A program made the position numbers and the translations under genes. The notes under the pieces are model-generated. The model saw only the letters and a program-made list of their open reading frames with translations, was not told the origin of the DNA and did no database searches. 64,000 bases of DNA from an uncultured delta proteobacterium (GTDB taxonomy: Bacteria; Desulfobacterota; Binatia; Binatales; Binataceae), in NCBI GenBank assembly GCA_963711565.1, contig CAVQEQ010000003.1, forward strand, positions 1,510,769 through 1,574,768, read 5' to 3'. Shown piece after piece: positions 1 through 9,927 of the stretch (the stretch's first letter is position 1; each line of letters begins with the position of its first letter).

Positions 1-842
1 GGACTCTTTGCGAGTTGCGCGCGAAATTCCCGCGCGAAGGCGTCTTTGCCTTGCACTTTCGCGGGCCACGCCTGGTCGAGGAACTTCCACGCGTCGTCGG
101 CATGCCTGCTGTAAATCAGATCGAGCATCGTACCCCATAACTGCGGCGAGACTTTGGCATGAGGCCATTCACCGCCCTCGGCGCTAGGCGCGTAGCTCCT
201 GACGGCGTTGGCGCGCGCCACAAGATCGCCGGCGTTGGGGGCCAGAGTGCGCATCAGGTCGGGTGCGACGCGATATGCATTGTCCGTGAAGCGCAGAATG
301 ACTTTTGGCGCGGGCGAGTCGGCGAAATCAGTGTTCCAGTTGGCGAAGGTCCAGTCGTGAATCTGTATCACGAGTCCCGTGCTCTTCGAATCCTTGTCGG
401 GAGGCAAGAAGTGCGGGCCCGAGTCTCCGAATTCCGCGTCTATCGTGCCGATTTTCCTGAAAGTCGGGCCGATCTCGAAGATGTGAAGCACCAGGCAGCA
501 GTTCGCGAAGCCGGTATACTCGGAGATCACCAGGTCGGGCTGACCGTCGCCGGTGATGTCCATCCCCATCTTGATCATCGCTGCGTCGGGATCGTCCTTG
601 TACATTGTGCCGATAAAAAATTTCTCGCCCTTCGTCTTAGCCTTCTGCACGTAAACGCTTTTGCCGTCTTTCAGAATCTCGAAGTAGGAATCGCTCCCGT
701 CTTTCGCCTTCGCATCGAAGTAGATGCGCGCGACATAGGGAGCGACCGTCTCCTCCTGATGAGGGATAACTACGACCGGAGTTTCGGCACGAGCCGGAGC
801 CGCGAATGCCGCCGTCAGCGCGACCACCAGCACGGCAAACAT
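1..842 (-). CDS. Secreted hypothetical protein with an FG-GAP/VCBS-like Ca-binding motif; 3' end lies beyond the window
   Basis: Hand translation: MFAVLVVALTAAFAAPARAE (signal peptide) ...MDITGDGQPDLVISEYTGFANCCLVLHIFE... Not in the ORF track because it has no stop in the window. Alternative GTG start at 884. Confidence 0.7.
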   Translation of the reverse strand, partial: MFAVLVVALTAAFAAPARAETPVVVIPHQEETVAPYVARIYFDAKAKDGSDSYFEILKDGKSVYVQKAKTKGEKFFIGTMYKDDPDAAMIKMGMDITGDGQPDLVISEYTGFANCCLVLHIFEIGPTFRKIGTIDAEFGDSGPHFLPPDKDSKSTGLVIQIHDWTFANWNTDFADSPAPKVILRFTDNAYRVAPDLMRTLAPNAGDLVARANAVRSYAPSAEGGEWPHAKVSPQLWGTMLDLIYSRHADDAWKFLDQAWPAKVQGKDAFAREFRAQLAKS

Positions 843-899
843 CGCATCGGCGACGGTATCGACGAATCGGCGTGAATCTGGCACGGCGAAACAGGAGCG

Positions 900-3218
900 C
901 TACGCTGGCGGTGTCGAGGCAGGCGCCGGTTCGGGCTGCGCAACGACGGGCGCGGGAGCTTTGTAGCCGCATTCCTTGTTGGCGCATTGCCAGGTGATGC
1001 CGGTGCGCTTCAGGTCCTTCTCGACCATGTAGTTCGCGCCGCAAGACGGGCACGGCTGCAGCACGACTTTGTTCCAGGCGGCGAATTTACATTTGGGATA
1101 GCGGCCGCATCCGAAGAAAATCTTTCCACGGCGGCTGCGCCGTTCGAGGATTTCGCCCTCTTTGCATTCCGGGCAGGCGACTCCGGTCTTGACCGGGTCT
1201 GATTGCAGGCGCTTGATTCCGTCGCAATCCGGATACCCCGAGCATCCCAGGAATTCACCGAAGCGCGAGCGGCGCTTGACCATCGGCTTGCCGCACTTCT
1301 CGCAAACTTCGTCGGAGGGCACCGGCGCGGACGGCGCCTTCATCGTGATGTTGCCCTGATCGTCGCGCGCGATCTCGCCGGTGTTGGTGCATTTGGGGTA
1401 GTTCGAGCAGGCGAGGAACTCGCCGTTGCGCCCCCATTTGATCACCATGTCGCCACCGTCGAGCTCGCACTTGAGCCCAGTGGGCAGGCCCTTGTGCTTG
1501 ACCTCGGGCATCTTCTTTTTCGCGTCGGCAAGGTCCTTCGCGAACGGCCCGTAGAACCGCTTCATCGTCTTGACCCAGTTCTCGGCGCCCTCTTCAACCT
1601 TGTCGAGGTCTTCTTCGAACTGGGCGGTGAAGCTGGATTCGAGGATGTCGGGAAACGCCTTCACCAGCATGTCGTTGACGACGCGCCCGAGCGACGTCGG
1701 CCGCATCCGCTTGCTCTCATCCTCTTCGACGTACTCGACGCGCAGGATGCTCGTCATGATCGCGGCGTAGGTCGAGGGTCGGCCTATCCCCTGCTCTTCG
1801 AGCACCTTGATGAGCGTGGCCTGCGTGTAGCGCGGCGGCGGCTGGGTGAAATGCTGCTCCGGGTCGAGACCCAGCAAAGTCAGCGTCTCTCCTTCGTCGA
1901 GCATCGGCAGCGTGCCCTCTTCGTCTTCGGGCTCGTCCTGGCCCTCGATATACACGCGCATGAAGCCGTCGAACTTCATCACCTGCCCGGTCGCGCGGAA
2001 AATTGCGTCGGCCGATTCGATGTCCACGGTCGTGCGGTCGTACACCGCCGGCATCATCTGGCTCGAAACGAAGCGGTTATAGATAAGGGTGTAGAGCGCG
2101 AGCATGTCCTTGTCGAGGTAGCGCGCGATCGACTCGGGATCGCGCTCGACGGCGGTCGGGCGAATCGCTTCGTGCGCGCCCTGCGACTGCTTGCCGGATT
2201 TATAGAAATTCGGCTGATCGGGGATGTACTCCTTCCCGTAGCGCGAGCCGATATGGTTGCGGACGGATTCGAGCGCCTGGTCGGAGACGCGCGGCGAGTC
2301 GGTACGCATATAAGTGATAAGACCGACCGCGCCCTCCTCGCCCAGCTCGACGCCCTCGTACAGCTTCTGCGCTATCTGCATCGTGCGCCGCGGCTGATAG
2401 TACAGCTTGCGCGACGCCTCTTGCTGAAGCCGCGAAGTGATGAACGGAGGCGCGGGACTGCGGCGGACTTCCTTGCGCTCGATGCTCTTTACAGTGAAGG
2501 GCGCCTTCTCAACAGCCGCGATGATCTCCCGGGCCTGCGCTTCGGGCAGCTTGTATGCCTTATTGTCGATGCGATCGTCTTTGTAGCTGTAGAGGCGCGC
2601 CTTGAACGGGGGCGGATTTTTTCCGGTGAGACGCGCGTCGAGGGTCCAGTATTCCTCGGCGCGGAATGCCTCGCGTTCGCGCTCGCGGTCGACGATTATC
2701 CTGAGCGCGACCGACTGCACGCGCCCGGCGCTGATGCCGCGCTTGACCTTGTCCCACAGCAGCGGGCTGAGCTTGTATCCGACCAGCCGGTCCAGCACCC
2801 GCCGCGCCTGGTACGCGTCGAACAGGTTGTGATCGAGCTTCGAGGGGTTGGCGACCGCCTCTTTGACGGCGGCGGACGTGATTTCATGCAGCAGCACGCG
2901 GCTGACCTTGGACTTGGTCTTGCCGAGATGCTCGGATATATGCCACGCGATCGCCTCGCCTTCGCGGTCGGGGTCGCTGGCAAGGTAGATGTTGTCCTTG
3001 CCCTTGGCGGCGGTTTTGATCTCGCCGAGTATCTTCTCTTTGCCCTTGATTGTGACGAAATCGGGGGCGAAATTGTGCTCGATATCGACCCCCAGCTTGC
3101 TCTTGGGCAGATCGACGACGTGGCCGACCGAGGGCATGACCTGGTAGTCGCTACCGAGATAGCGCTTGATTGTTTTCGCCTTTGCAGGCGATTCGACGAT
3201 TACGAGATTTTTTGCCAC
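900..3218 (-). CDS. topA: DNA topoisomerase I (type IA) with C-terminal zinc ribbons
   Basis: LVIVESPAKAKTI Toprim motif, LASDPDREGEAI, SAGRVQS, ITYMRTD (catalytic Tyr), GIGRPSTYA, repeated C4 zinc fingers; GTG start at 3218. Confidence 0.97.
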   Translation of the reverse strand: MAKNLVIVESPAKAKTIKRYLGSDYQVMPSVGHVVDLPKSKLGVDIEHNFAPDFVTIKGKEKILGEIKTAAKGKDNIYLASDPDREGEAIAWHISEHLGKTKSKVSRVLLHEITSAAVKEAVANPSKLDHNLFDAYQARRVLDRLVGYKLSPLLWDKVKRGISAGRVQSVALRIIVDREREREAFRAEEYWTLDARLTGKNPPPFKARLYSYKDDRIDNKAYKLPEAQAREIIAAVEKAPFTVKSIERKEVRRSPAPPFITSRLQQEASRKLYYQPRRTMQIAQKLYEGVELGEEGAVGLITYMRTDSPRVSDQALESVRNHIGSRYGKEYIPDQPNFYKSGKQSQGAHEAIRPTAVERDPESIARYLDKDMLALYTLIYNRFVSSQMMPAVYDRTTVDIESADAIFRATGQVMKFDGFMRVYIEGQDEPEDEEGTLPMLDEGETLTLLGLDPEQHFTQPPPRYTQATLIKVLEEQGIGRPSTYAAIMTSILRVEYVEEDESKRMRPTSLGRVVNDMLVKAFPDILESSFTAQFEEDLDKVEEGAENWVKTMKRFYGPFAKDLADAKKKMPEVKHKGLPTGLKCELDGGDMVIKWGRNGEFLACSNYPKCTNTGEIARDDQGNITMKAPSAPVPSDEVCEKCGKPMVKRRSRFGEFLGCSGYPDCDGIKRLQSDPVKTGVACPECKEGEILERRSRRGKIFFGCGRYPKCKFAAWNKVVLQPCPSCGANYMVEKDLKRTGITWQCANKECGYKAPAPVVAQPEPAPASTPPA

Positions 3219-3308
3219 CGAATTAGGCGCCTCCAGTCCCGTACCCAGCCCAGCAGGTTTCGCGCCAGCCAAAATCCCCGACGCTACAGGGCTTACACCC
3301 TGCCAGAG

Positions 3309-4500
3309 TCATGCAAGCGAGAAAAGCTTGCCTGGATGCTGGGTGACGCGACCTTCGAGTTCAAGTTCCAACAGTAACCTAAGCACGGTTTGGGCATTTA
3401 GCCCGGAGGACTCGATGATCGAGTCGACGTGGAGTCTTTCAGAATCTTTTAGATTATTCAAGATTGTCATAGCACTTTCTGTAACTGCTCCGAGTGTCTT
3501 GGCGCCTTCGGTAGCTCGAGCGAAGGGAGCTACTTCAACCTTTGCAGTTCTATTAGACGTTAGCTGCGTGGGAGTCGATTCGGCAGGCACTTCGGGCGGG
3601 CTCGCAGACGAGCGCGGTCCAGTCATCTGAGGCGCGAGCTCTTCGATCACGTCCTCGACGCATTCGACCAGTTTCGCGCCCTCCTTCAACAGGCGATTGC
3701 TGCCGCGAGTCTTGCCGCTAAGCGGGCTGCCGGGGACGGCGAAAACCTGGCGATCCTGTTCGAGCGCCATCCGCGCCGTGATCAGCGATCCGCTTTTCTC
3801 GGCCGCCTCGACGATTACGACGCCCAGGCACAATCCCGACAGGATGCGGTTGCGAGTCGGGAAATTTTCCGCCAATGGTTGCGTTCCAATCGGGAGCTCG
3901 CTGATGATCGCGCCGCCGCTTTCGATTATCGCCTCGGCGAGCTTGCGATGCTCGGCAGGGTAGATTACATCGACGCCGCATCCGAGCACTGCAATCGTCT
4001 TGCCGTGCGCGTCGAGGGCGCCTTGGTGCGCCTCGCCGTCGATTCCGCGCGCCAACCCGCTCACGACGCCGAAGCCCTTGGCGGCGAGCTCGAGACCGAG
4101 CCTATTCGCCATACGGCGTCCGATATCGCTGGCCGCGCGCGCACCGACGATTGCGATGTAGTTGGCGTCAGTCAGTTGCGCACTGCCGCGCACGAACAGG
4201 AACGGCGGCGGGTCGGCGATCTGGCGCAAGTTCGGCGGATAGTCGGCGTCGGTCCACTTGACGACGCGCGCGCCGATATTCGGCAGCTCGCATAGTTCTT
4301 TCTTCGAGCGATTCGAAATCGCGAAATTCGGCGATATTTCGTGCCGTGTTGCGCGGAACTCCAGCCGCCGCGATCTCGTCGGCATTGAGCTGGAATATTT
4401 TCTCTGGCGCGCCGAACTTCTCGATCAGCAGCTTGCACGTTCGCGGACCGACCCCGTGCGCTCGTCTCAATGCGAGCCAGTAAACATCCGGTGAAGGCAT
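3309..4500 (-). pseudogene. dprA: DNA-protecting protein DprA, split by a 1-nt insertion near 4297-4305 (real frameshift or assembly error)
   Basis: N-terminal part (YWLAL..GVGP) in ORF 4168-4500; YPPNLRQIADPP, IAIVGAR, VSGLARGID, FPTRNRILSGL, SGSLITA and a C-terminal winged helix in ORF 3309-4385; typical dprA-topA synteny. Confidence 0.9.
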
Positions 4501-4699
4501 ATAGATAAATTGTTCTCAACGCCGGGGATACGCAACCATCTCGTCCACGCGGCGTATTCCCAGGGACGGTCAGGAGGGCTTTGCGGCGGCCACGTTTTGT
4601 TGACCGTGCGATACGAATCGCATAAGTTACGCGCAACCGTCTTATCTGCTACTATTAGACATTCGGCATCCTGTTTTGACGGCTGACGGAGGACGAGTA

Positions 4700-5284
4700 T
4701 TGGGCGCTACATCACTTGGTTCGATGGATTTCACGGGAATGTCCCCGGCGGACAAGCAGATTCTCATCTTCAGCTTTTATCGCGATGCAGAATTGCGCGG
4801 TGCGCGTTTGCTCTTCAATCTTCTGTCACACATGAAAGACGGTGAGTCGCAACTCAAGATGACGGCTCATCTGGCGGATGAAACGCGCCATGCTTACCTG
4901 TGGACCAAGCGAATCTCGGACCTCGGCGGCGCGCCCATCTTGATCGACGACGGTTACCAGCGCCGGCTGGGTCTGCGGACCGGCGTGCCGAAGACGATCA
5001 TCGATCTGCTCGCGTTGACGGTCGTGGTCGAGGAGCGCGCGCAGAGCCGCTACAACGCGCACATGGCGCTGCCGAACGTCGATGCGGAAACGATGGAAGT
5101 GCTGAAGTCGGTCACCAAGGACGAATCGTGGCATCTGTCGTGGATTGAAAAGGAGATGCACGAGCTTGCGAAAGCACAGGGCCACGAAGAGCAGGCCGAA
5201 AAGTCGCTCGATCGGTATCGCAAGATCGATCGCGAAGTTTACGCCACTATCGCCGCCGACGAAGCCGAGCTGATGCGCGCGTAA
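4700..5284 (+). CDS. Ferritin-like (di-iron four-helix bundle) protein
   Basis: E..DETRH and EE..DESWH ligand pattern; GGAGG upstream of TTG at 4700. Confidence 0.75.
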   Translation: MGATSLGSMDFTGMSPADKQILIFSFYRDAELRGARLLFNLLSHMKDGESQLKMTAHLADETRHAYLWTKRISDLGGAPILIDDGYQRRLGLRTGVPKTIIDLLALTVVVEERAQSRYNAHMALPNVDAETMEVLKSVTKDESWHLSWIEKEMHELAKAQGHEEQAEKSLDRYRKIDREVYATIAADEAELMRA

Positions 5285-5313
5285 GAGCGAGCATCCCGTT
5301 CAACCCGATCTTT

Positions 5314-6090
5314 GTGCGTTCATTGCAAGCAGCCGTCGGCGCATTTGCAGCCGCGATTTTTCTATGTCTCGCCCCGTCGGCTCACGCCGGATGGATTCCC
5401 GGTGAATTCACCTCCGACGGCAAACCGGTTCATGAATACCATTGTGTGCCGAAGGGCAGCGGGCCGCATCCCGCGGTCGTGCTTCTGCATGGTGCGTCGG
5501 CGCGCAAGGACGTCGGCAATGCCGACTTCGAAGAGATGTGCGGCAAGCTCGCCGACCTCGGCTATTACACCGAATTCATCGAGTACTTCAGTCAGACCGA
5601 TGCGGTCGGCGCGGGCCAGCTCGATCAGATCAGGCAAGACTTCCCGATCTGGCTCGACGAGATTCATTCGGGCCTCGACGCACTCGAGAAGAATCCCGCG
5701 GTCGATCCTCATCGCGTCGCCCTCATGGGATTCTCGCTCGGCTCGTTCCTGTCGCTCTCAATGGGCGCGATAGATCCGAGCCAGATCGCGGCGATCGTCG
5801 AGTACTACGGCGGACTCCCGCCGAACCTGAGTGACGGCGCCAGGGCGATGCCGCCAGTGTTGATCCTGCACGGGGACAAGGACGTGCTGGTGCCGGTGGC
5901 TCAGGCGCACGCACTCGACGAGATGCTGACGAAGTACAAACGTCCGCACGAAATAAAGATCTACGCGGGCGCGAATCACGCCTTCAACTTCCCCGGGCTT
6001 GCCTTCTGGTACAACGCCGCCGATGCGCAAGACGCATGGAATCGCAGCAGCAAGTTCCTGGTGGCGAATCTCAACAACCCCGCCAAATAG
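5314..6090 (+). CDS. Exported dienelactone-hydrolase-family alpha/beta hydrolase
   Basis: Signal peptide, GFSLG nucleophile elbow, LHGDKD, GANHAF. Confidence 0.85.
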   Translation: MRSLQAAVGAFAAAIFLCLAPSAHAGWIPGEFTSDGKPVHEYHCVPKGSGPHPAVVLLHGASARKDVGNADFEEMCGKLADLGYYTEFIEYFSQTDAVGAGQLDQIRQDFPIWLDEIHSGLDALEKNPAVDPHRVALMGFSLGSFLSLSMGAIDPSQIAAIVEYYGGLPPNLSDGARAMPPVLILHGDKDVLVPVAQAHALDEMLTKYKRPHEIKIYAGANHAFNFPGLAFWYNAADAQDAWNRSSKFLVANLNNPAK

Positions 6091-6091
6091 T

Positions 6092-6156
6092 GGGTGCAGG
6101 GGTCACCCCTGCCGAAGGAAGCGTGAAACCCATCGCGGGTTTCACATTCGATTAAG
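6092..6156 (+). repeat. Dispersed palindromic repeat, copy A (core hairpin plus TGAAACCC/GGGTTTCA module)
   Basis: GGGTGCAGGGGTCACCCCTGC core recurs near 39742, 44769 and 51717; lies between convergent genes. Confidence 0.85.
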
Positions 6157-6164
6157 TTCCAAGG

Positions 6165-7049
6165 TTAAGCGGTGCGCGCTAGCTTTTGCCCGCGCTGCGC
6201 CGCGAGCGCGGCGTTGATCTGCAGGCGCATCGCCTCGGCGTATTCGGCGGCGGCCTCGACGGGCTTGGCGCCGTCTTTCTTCTTATACGCATACATCAGG
6301 CTGCGGCTCGCATTCACGATGAACCCGGTGCCGTCGGCGCGCGCCGACGCGACCGCGTCCGCCGCCGTTCCGCCTTGCGTGTCGTAGCCCGGCACGAGGA
6401 TCGTCGCCGCCGGCATCAGTTCGCGCGCGCGCCGCGCCTGCACCGGAAACGTCGCGCCGACCACGGCGCCAACGGAGCTGAGCCCGCTTGCGCCGATAAA
6501 ATCGCCGCCCCATCCGTTCACGCGCTCCGCCACCGATTCCCAAATCGGGTGATTCGGCGCGTCACGATCCTGAAATTCTCCCGACGAGGGATTCGAAGTC
6601 TTCACGAGCACGAATACGCCGCGGCCGTTTTTGACCTTCGCGATAAACGGCATCAGCGCGTCGCTGCCCTGGTACGGATTGACCGTCACGGCGTCGCAAT
6701 TGAAATCGCCGTCGCCGAGAAACGCCTCCGCGTATGCGGCCGACGTGGTGCCGATATCGCCGCGCTTCGCATCCGCGATCGTAATTAAGCCAAGCCGCCG
6801 GGCCGTTTTTACGACCTCGCAAAACGCTCGCATCCCATCGAGTCCGCGCGCCTCGTAAAACGCAAGCTGCGGCTTGACCGCGATCGCGGAGCGCGCGCAT
6901 GCCTCGACGATCTCGCAACAAAAGCGCGCGAGCGTGTAGCCGGACGGGATTCCCGGAGCGCCGGGCGTATCCAGCTGGGGATCGATACCGAGCACGACCA
7001 CGCTGTCCTTGAGGCGCGAGGCGGAGGCGAGACGGTCGGCAAAGTTCAT
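6165..7049 (-). CDS. pyrF: Orotidine-5'-phosphate decarboxylase
   Basis: LGIDP, KPQLAFYE, DAKRGDIGTT, TVNPY, VKTSN, GAVVGAT, VNASRS; real start ATG 7049 (the ORF track extends it). Confidence 0.95.
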   Translation of the reverse strand: MNFADRLASASRLKDSVVVLGIDPQLDTPGAPGIPSGYTLARFCCEIVEACARSAIAVKPQLAFYEARGLDGMRAFCEVVKTARRLGLITIADAKRGDIGTTSAAYAEAFLGDGDFNCDAVTVNPYQGSDALMPFIAKVKNGRGVFVLVKTSNPSSGEFQDRDAPNHPIWESVAERVNGWGGDFIGASGLSSVGAVVGATFPVQARRARELMPAATILVPGYDTQGGTAADAVASARADGTGFIVNASRSLMYAYKKKDGAKPVEAAAEYAEAMRLQINAALAAQRGQKLARTA

Positions 7050-7148
7050 CGCGCGCATTATTGCATAGCGCGGCGCGGAGGTCACATCGGGCGTTGCCTT
7101 TTCGCATCCGCCGCGGGCATCCTTTGAGACAACGACGGGAAAAACCGC

Positions 7149-7856
7149 ATGAACAACCTGACTATCGTTACCAAGCTTCGTTTCATGGCCGCGATCGCGC
7201 CGGCGATCCTGTTGCTCGTGGCAGCGCTGATTGTGGGCGCGTTTCACGTATTCGGCACGACACCGCAGGAAATCTACGACAACGAGTACGCGGCGGCGCG
7301 CGCGGCCCAGGGGATGGAGACCGCGCTTTACAAAATGGATTGGGGACGCACACAGCCCGAGGCCTCGCAAATCGTGATGGATCAGCAGCGCGGATTCATT
7401 TCTGAGATCGAGGTCGCGCGCCAGCACATCGGAAGCACCGAGCAGGCCCAGAGCCTTGAGAAAATCGCCAACGACGCGCGGCCGCTGTTCGACGCGATGC
7501 GAACGGCATCGCCGAGCGACGACAGCCTCGAGCCGAAGCTCCGCGATCTGCAGGGAGCGGTAGCGGATCTGATGAGCCTCGACGACGCGGCCCTGATAGC
7601 GGTCGCCAACAACGCCGAAGCGCAATCCCGCACGATGATCGCGATTACAGTCGTGGGACTGGTGGTCGTCCCGTGGATTTGTTTCGTAGTGATCGCACGC
7701 CTGTCCGGCAATCTCTACAAGGAACTCAAGGCGATGCGTCGCCGCGTCGAAGCTCTAACAGAGCGCGAGCCGTCTCCGTCCGCCGACACGCAAGCCCTCG
7801 ACGAATCCCTGTCAAAGCTGGGCTTCCCAAAACCAAACCCAATGCTCGCCGAGTAG
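7149..7856 (+). CDS. Membrane protein, TM-helical periplasmic domain-TM (4HB sensor-like) with no output domain
   Basis: Two hydrophobic segments flanking an all-helical domain; short cytoplasmic tail. Confidence 0.6.
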   Translation: MNNLTIVTKLRFMAAIAPAILLLVAALIVGAFHVFGTTPQEIYDNEYAAARAAQGMETALYKMDWGRTQPEASQIVMDQQRGFISEIEVARQHIGSTEQAQSLEKIANDARPLFDAMRTASPSDDSLEPKLRDLQGAVADLMSLDDAALIAVANNAEAQSRTMIAITVVGLVVVPWICFVVIARLSGNLYKELKAMRRRVEALTEREPSPSADTQALDESLSKLGFPKPNPMLAE

Positions 7857-7882
7857 CAGGAGTAGTAGAGGAGTATTTTATA

Positions 7883-8287
7883 ATGTCCACTCCGTTCTTT
7901 GGTGGATGCGCCTGTGGCGCCATTCGTTACAGCGCTGAAGGGGAGCCGCTCTACTCAGTGAATTGTCACTGCCGGGATTGTCAACGTGAAACCGGGAGCG
8001 CCTATGCCCCCGTCCTTGGTGTTCCCCGCCCAAACTTCAGCGTGAGAAAAGGGATCCCAAGGTACTTTGAAGTCAAGGCGGATAGTGGGCGTTTCACCAG
8101 GAGAGCCTTCTGCGCCGACTGCGGATCGACTCTCTTCGGCTACGGCGATGAGTTCGTCTCGATTAGAGTCGGCAGCCTGGACGATCCAAGCATCTTTCAC
8201 CCCAGCCGGGATATTTACACTTCGAGTGCTCAGCCGTGGGACTACATGAACCCGGACTTGCCGAAAGCTTCTAAGCTGCCAGGCTGA
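7883..8287 (+). CDS. GFA/CENP-V family Zn protein
   Basis: GGCACGAIRY, CHCRDCQR, FCADCGS; RBS GAGGAG before ATG 7883. Confidence 0.9.
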   Translation: MSTPFFGGCACGAIRYSAEGEPLYSVNCHCRDCQRETGSAYAPVLGVPRPNFSVRKGIPRYFEVKADSGRFTRRAFCADCGSTLFGYGDEFVSIRVGSLDDPSIFHPSRDIYTSSAQPWDYMNPDLPKASKLPG

Positions 8288-8308
8288 TTGAGAAATTCGC
8301 GGGAGACT

Positions 8309-8983
8309 CTACCGCTTCTTGCGCTTCGCGATTTTCTTCGGCTTTGTCTCGCCGTCGGGTAGCACGATGTCGAGGCTGCGCCATAGGTACCATGCTGCCG
8401 CCGTCCTGTACGGACGCCATCGCTCGGCGTGCTTTAGCAGGCGCTTGCGATTCGGCCGTTGGCGCATCCTGTAGTGCCGCCTGACTGCGTTCTGGACGCC
8501 CAGGTCGTCGGCGGGCATCACGTCAGGCCGACCCAGGTGGAACATCAAAAACATCTCGGCGGTCCACTTGCCGATTCCCTTGACCTGCGTCAGATGGGCG
8601 ACGATGTCGTCGTCGGTCATGCGATGGAACAGATGGAAGTTGAGCTTGCCGTCGCGAATGTGCGCGGCGAGGTCCTTTATGTAGAGCGCTTTCTTTTCGG
8701 AGAGGCCAACTGCGCGCAGCTCGGCGTCCGTTTTGGCGAGCACCCGTTCCGGCGTCGGGAATTCCACATCGGGGAACAATCCGACGAAGCGGCCGTAGAT
8801 CGCGTTGGCGGCCGCGCCCGCGAGCTGCTGGAAAATGATCGCTCGCGCCAGCGCCTGGAAACGCTCGCGCCGCGGCTGGATTCCGAGCGGACCGACCTCG
8901 GCAATAATCCGTGCGAGGACCGGATCGGCCTTGCTAAGATGCGTCCGCGCTTTGCGCGCATACGGGACTCTGTTGGTTGCCAT
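8309..8983 (-). CDS. alkA: DNA-3-methyladenine glycosylase II (AlkA/HhH-GPD family)
   Basis: AIIFQQL, LTQVKGIGKWTAEMFLMF, MPADDLGV, WRPYRT. Confidence 0.88.
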   Translation of the reverse strand: MATNRVPYARKARTHLSKADPVLARIIAEVGPLGIQPRRERFQALARAIIFQQLAGAAANAIYGRFVGLFPDVEFPTPERVLAKTDAELRAVGLSEKKALYIKDLAAHIRDGKLNFHLFHRMTDDDIVAHLTQVKGIGKWTAEMFLMFHLGRPDVMPADDLGVQNAVRRHYRMRQRPNRKRLLKHAERWRPYRTAAAWYLWRSLDIVLPDGETKPKKIAKRKKR

Positions 8984-9043
8984 TTGACTGAAGCCGCGGT
9001 TCGCCGAATCTTGCACGCCTGCTAAAGTCGTTCAATCGGTACG

Positions 9044-9493
9044 ATGAGCGAAGACACCAGACTTCCGATGTGCCCCGAGAACCTGTATGAAGGGATGCGC
9101 CTCGGCCCGATTCATTATGTCCTCACGCCGGAGCGGGCGCGCACATTTTCTGATGCGGTCAAGGCGACGAGTCCTGAATTCATTGTCGATGAACGCAATC
9201 CCGACGCGATCGTGTCGCCCACGATGCGCCTGCCCGATTACGCGCTGCTCATCGCGGCTCATCTGAAGGGCGGCAAGGGCGGAGTCCATGCCAAGCACTG
9301 GTGCGAGTTTCATGAGCCGATGCGCGTCGGGCAGGCAATCAAGACCGAGGGCCGAATTACCGCGACGTATCGCAAGCGCGGCAAGTTTTATTTCACGCTC
9401 GAGTATGAATCGCGCGACGCGGTGACGAATCAACTGCTGGTGCGCCAGGCGATTACGTCGGTACTGCTGAACGACAAGGGGGAGATGCAATGA
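9044..9493 (+). CDS. MaoC-like hotdog-fold dehydratase subunit
   Basis: Hotdog pattern GVHAKHWCEFHEPMRVG..KRGK; ATGA overlap with the next gene. Confidence 0.7.
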   Translation: MSEDTRLPMCPENLYEGMRLGPIHYVLTPERARTFSDAVKATSPEFIVDERNPDAIVSPTMRLPDYALLIAAHLKGGKGGVHAKHWCEFHEPMRVGQAIKTEGRITATYRKRGKFYFTLEYESRDAVTNQLLVRQAITSVLLNDKGEMQ

Positions 9494-9927
9494 GCGCGGC
9501 GCCCCGCGAGATTCGAATCGGCGCGGAGCTGGCTTCGGCGCCGTACCTCCTCGACGCGGCCGCGGCAAAGGCCTACCACGACGGTATCGAACTGCCGCCG
9601 CGGCGCCGTCCGCCGCGCGGTATCCACGACGACACGGACGCGGCGCGCAAGGCTGGTTTCACCGCGCCGATCGCCGGCGGCGCGCAGACTATCGCGGTAA
9701 TCGCGCAATTCCTCGCCGACACCTTCGGCATGCGCTTCGTGCGCGGCGGACGTATCGAAGTATCGCTCACGAAGCCGGTCCTATTTGGCGACACTTTGAC
9801 CTCGCACGCGAAAATCGTTTCCGTCGATCAGAATGCGAATCGCGCCGCGCTGCAGATTCACGTCGAGAATCAGCGCGGGGAACAGGTGCTGATGGGCACC
9901 GCCGCAGTGAGGATGAGCGACGGATGA
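9490..9927 (+). CDS. MaoC-family dehydratase
   Basis: IHDDTDAARKAGFTAPIAGG, KPVLFGDTL, NQRGEQV. Confidence 0.8.
   Translation: MSAAPREIRIGAELASAPYLLDAAAAKAYHDGIELPPRRRPPRGIHDDTDAARKAGFTAPIAGGAQTIAVIAQFLADTFGMRFVRGGRIEVSLTKPVLFGDTLTSHAKIVSVDQNANRAALQIHVENQRGEQVLMGTAAVRMSDG

Noticed and set aside
1203-3377. Long antisense ORFs (e.g. 1203-3377, 17044-18375, 19928-21445, 34022-35383, 40660-42414)
   Set aside because: Shadow frames of well-supported genes, expected from high-GC codon bias; no recognisable motifs
7050-7625. N-terminal extension of PyrF in the ORF track (also extensions on frmA, the 17275 CoA-transferase, chdC, GFA and the 53069 VOC gene)
   Set aside because: Extensions overlap other real genes; homology and start signals begin at the internal starts given
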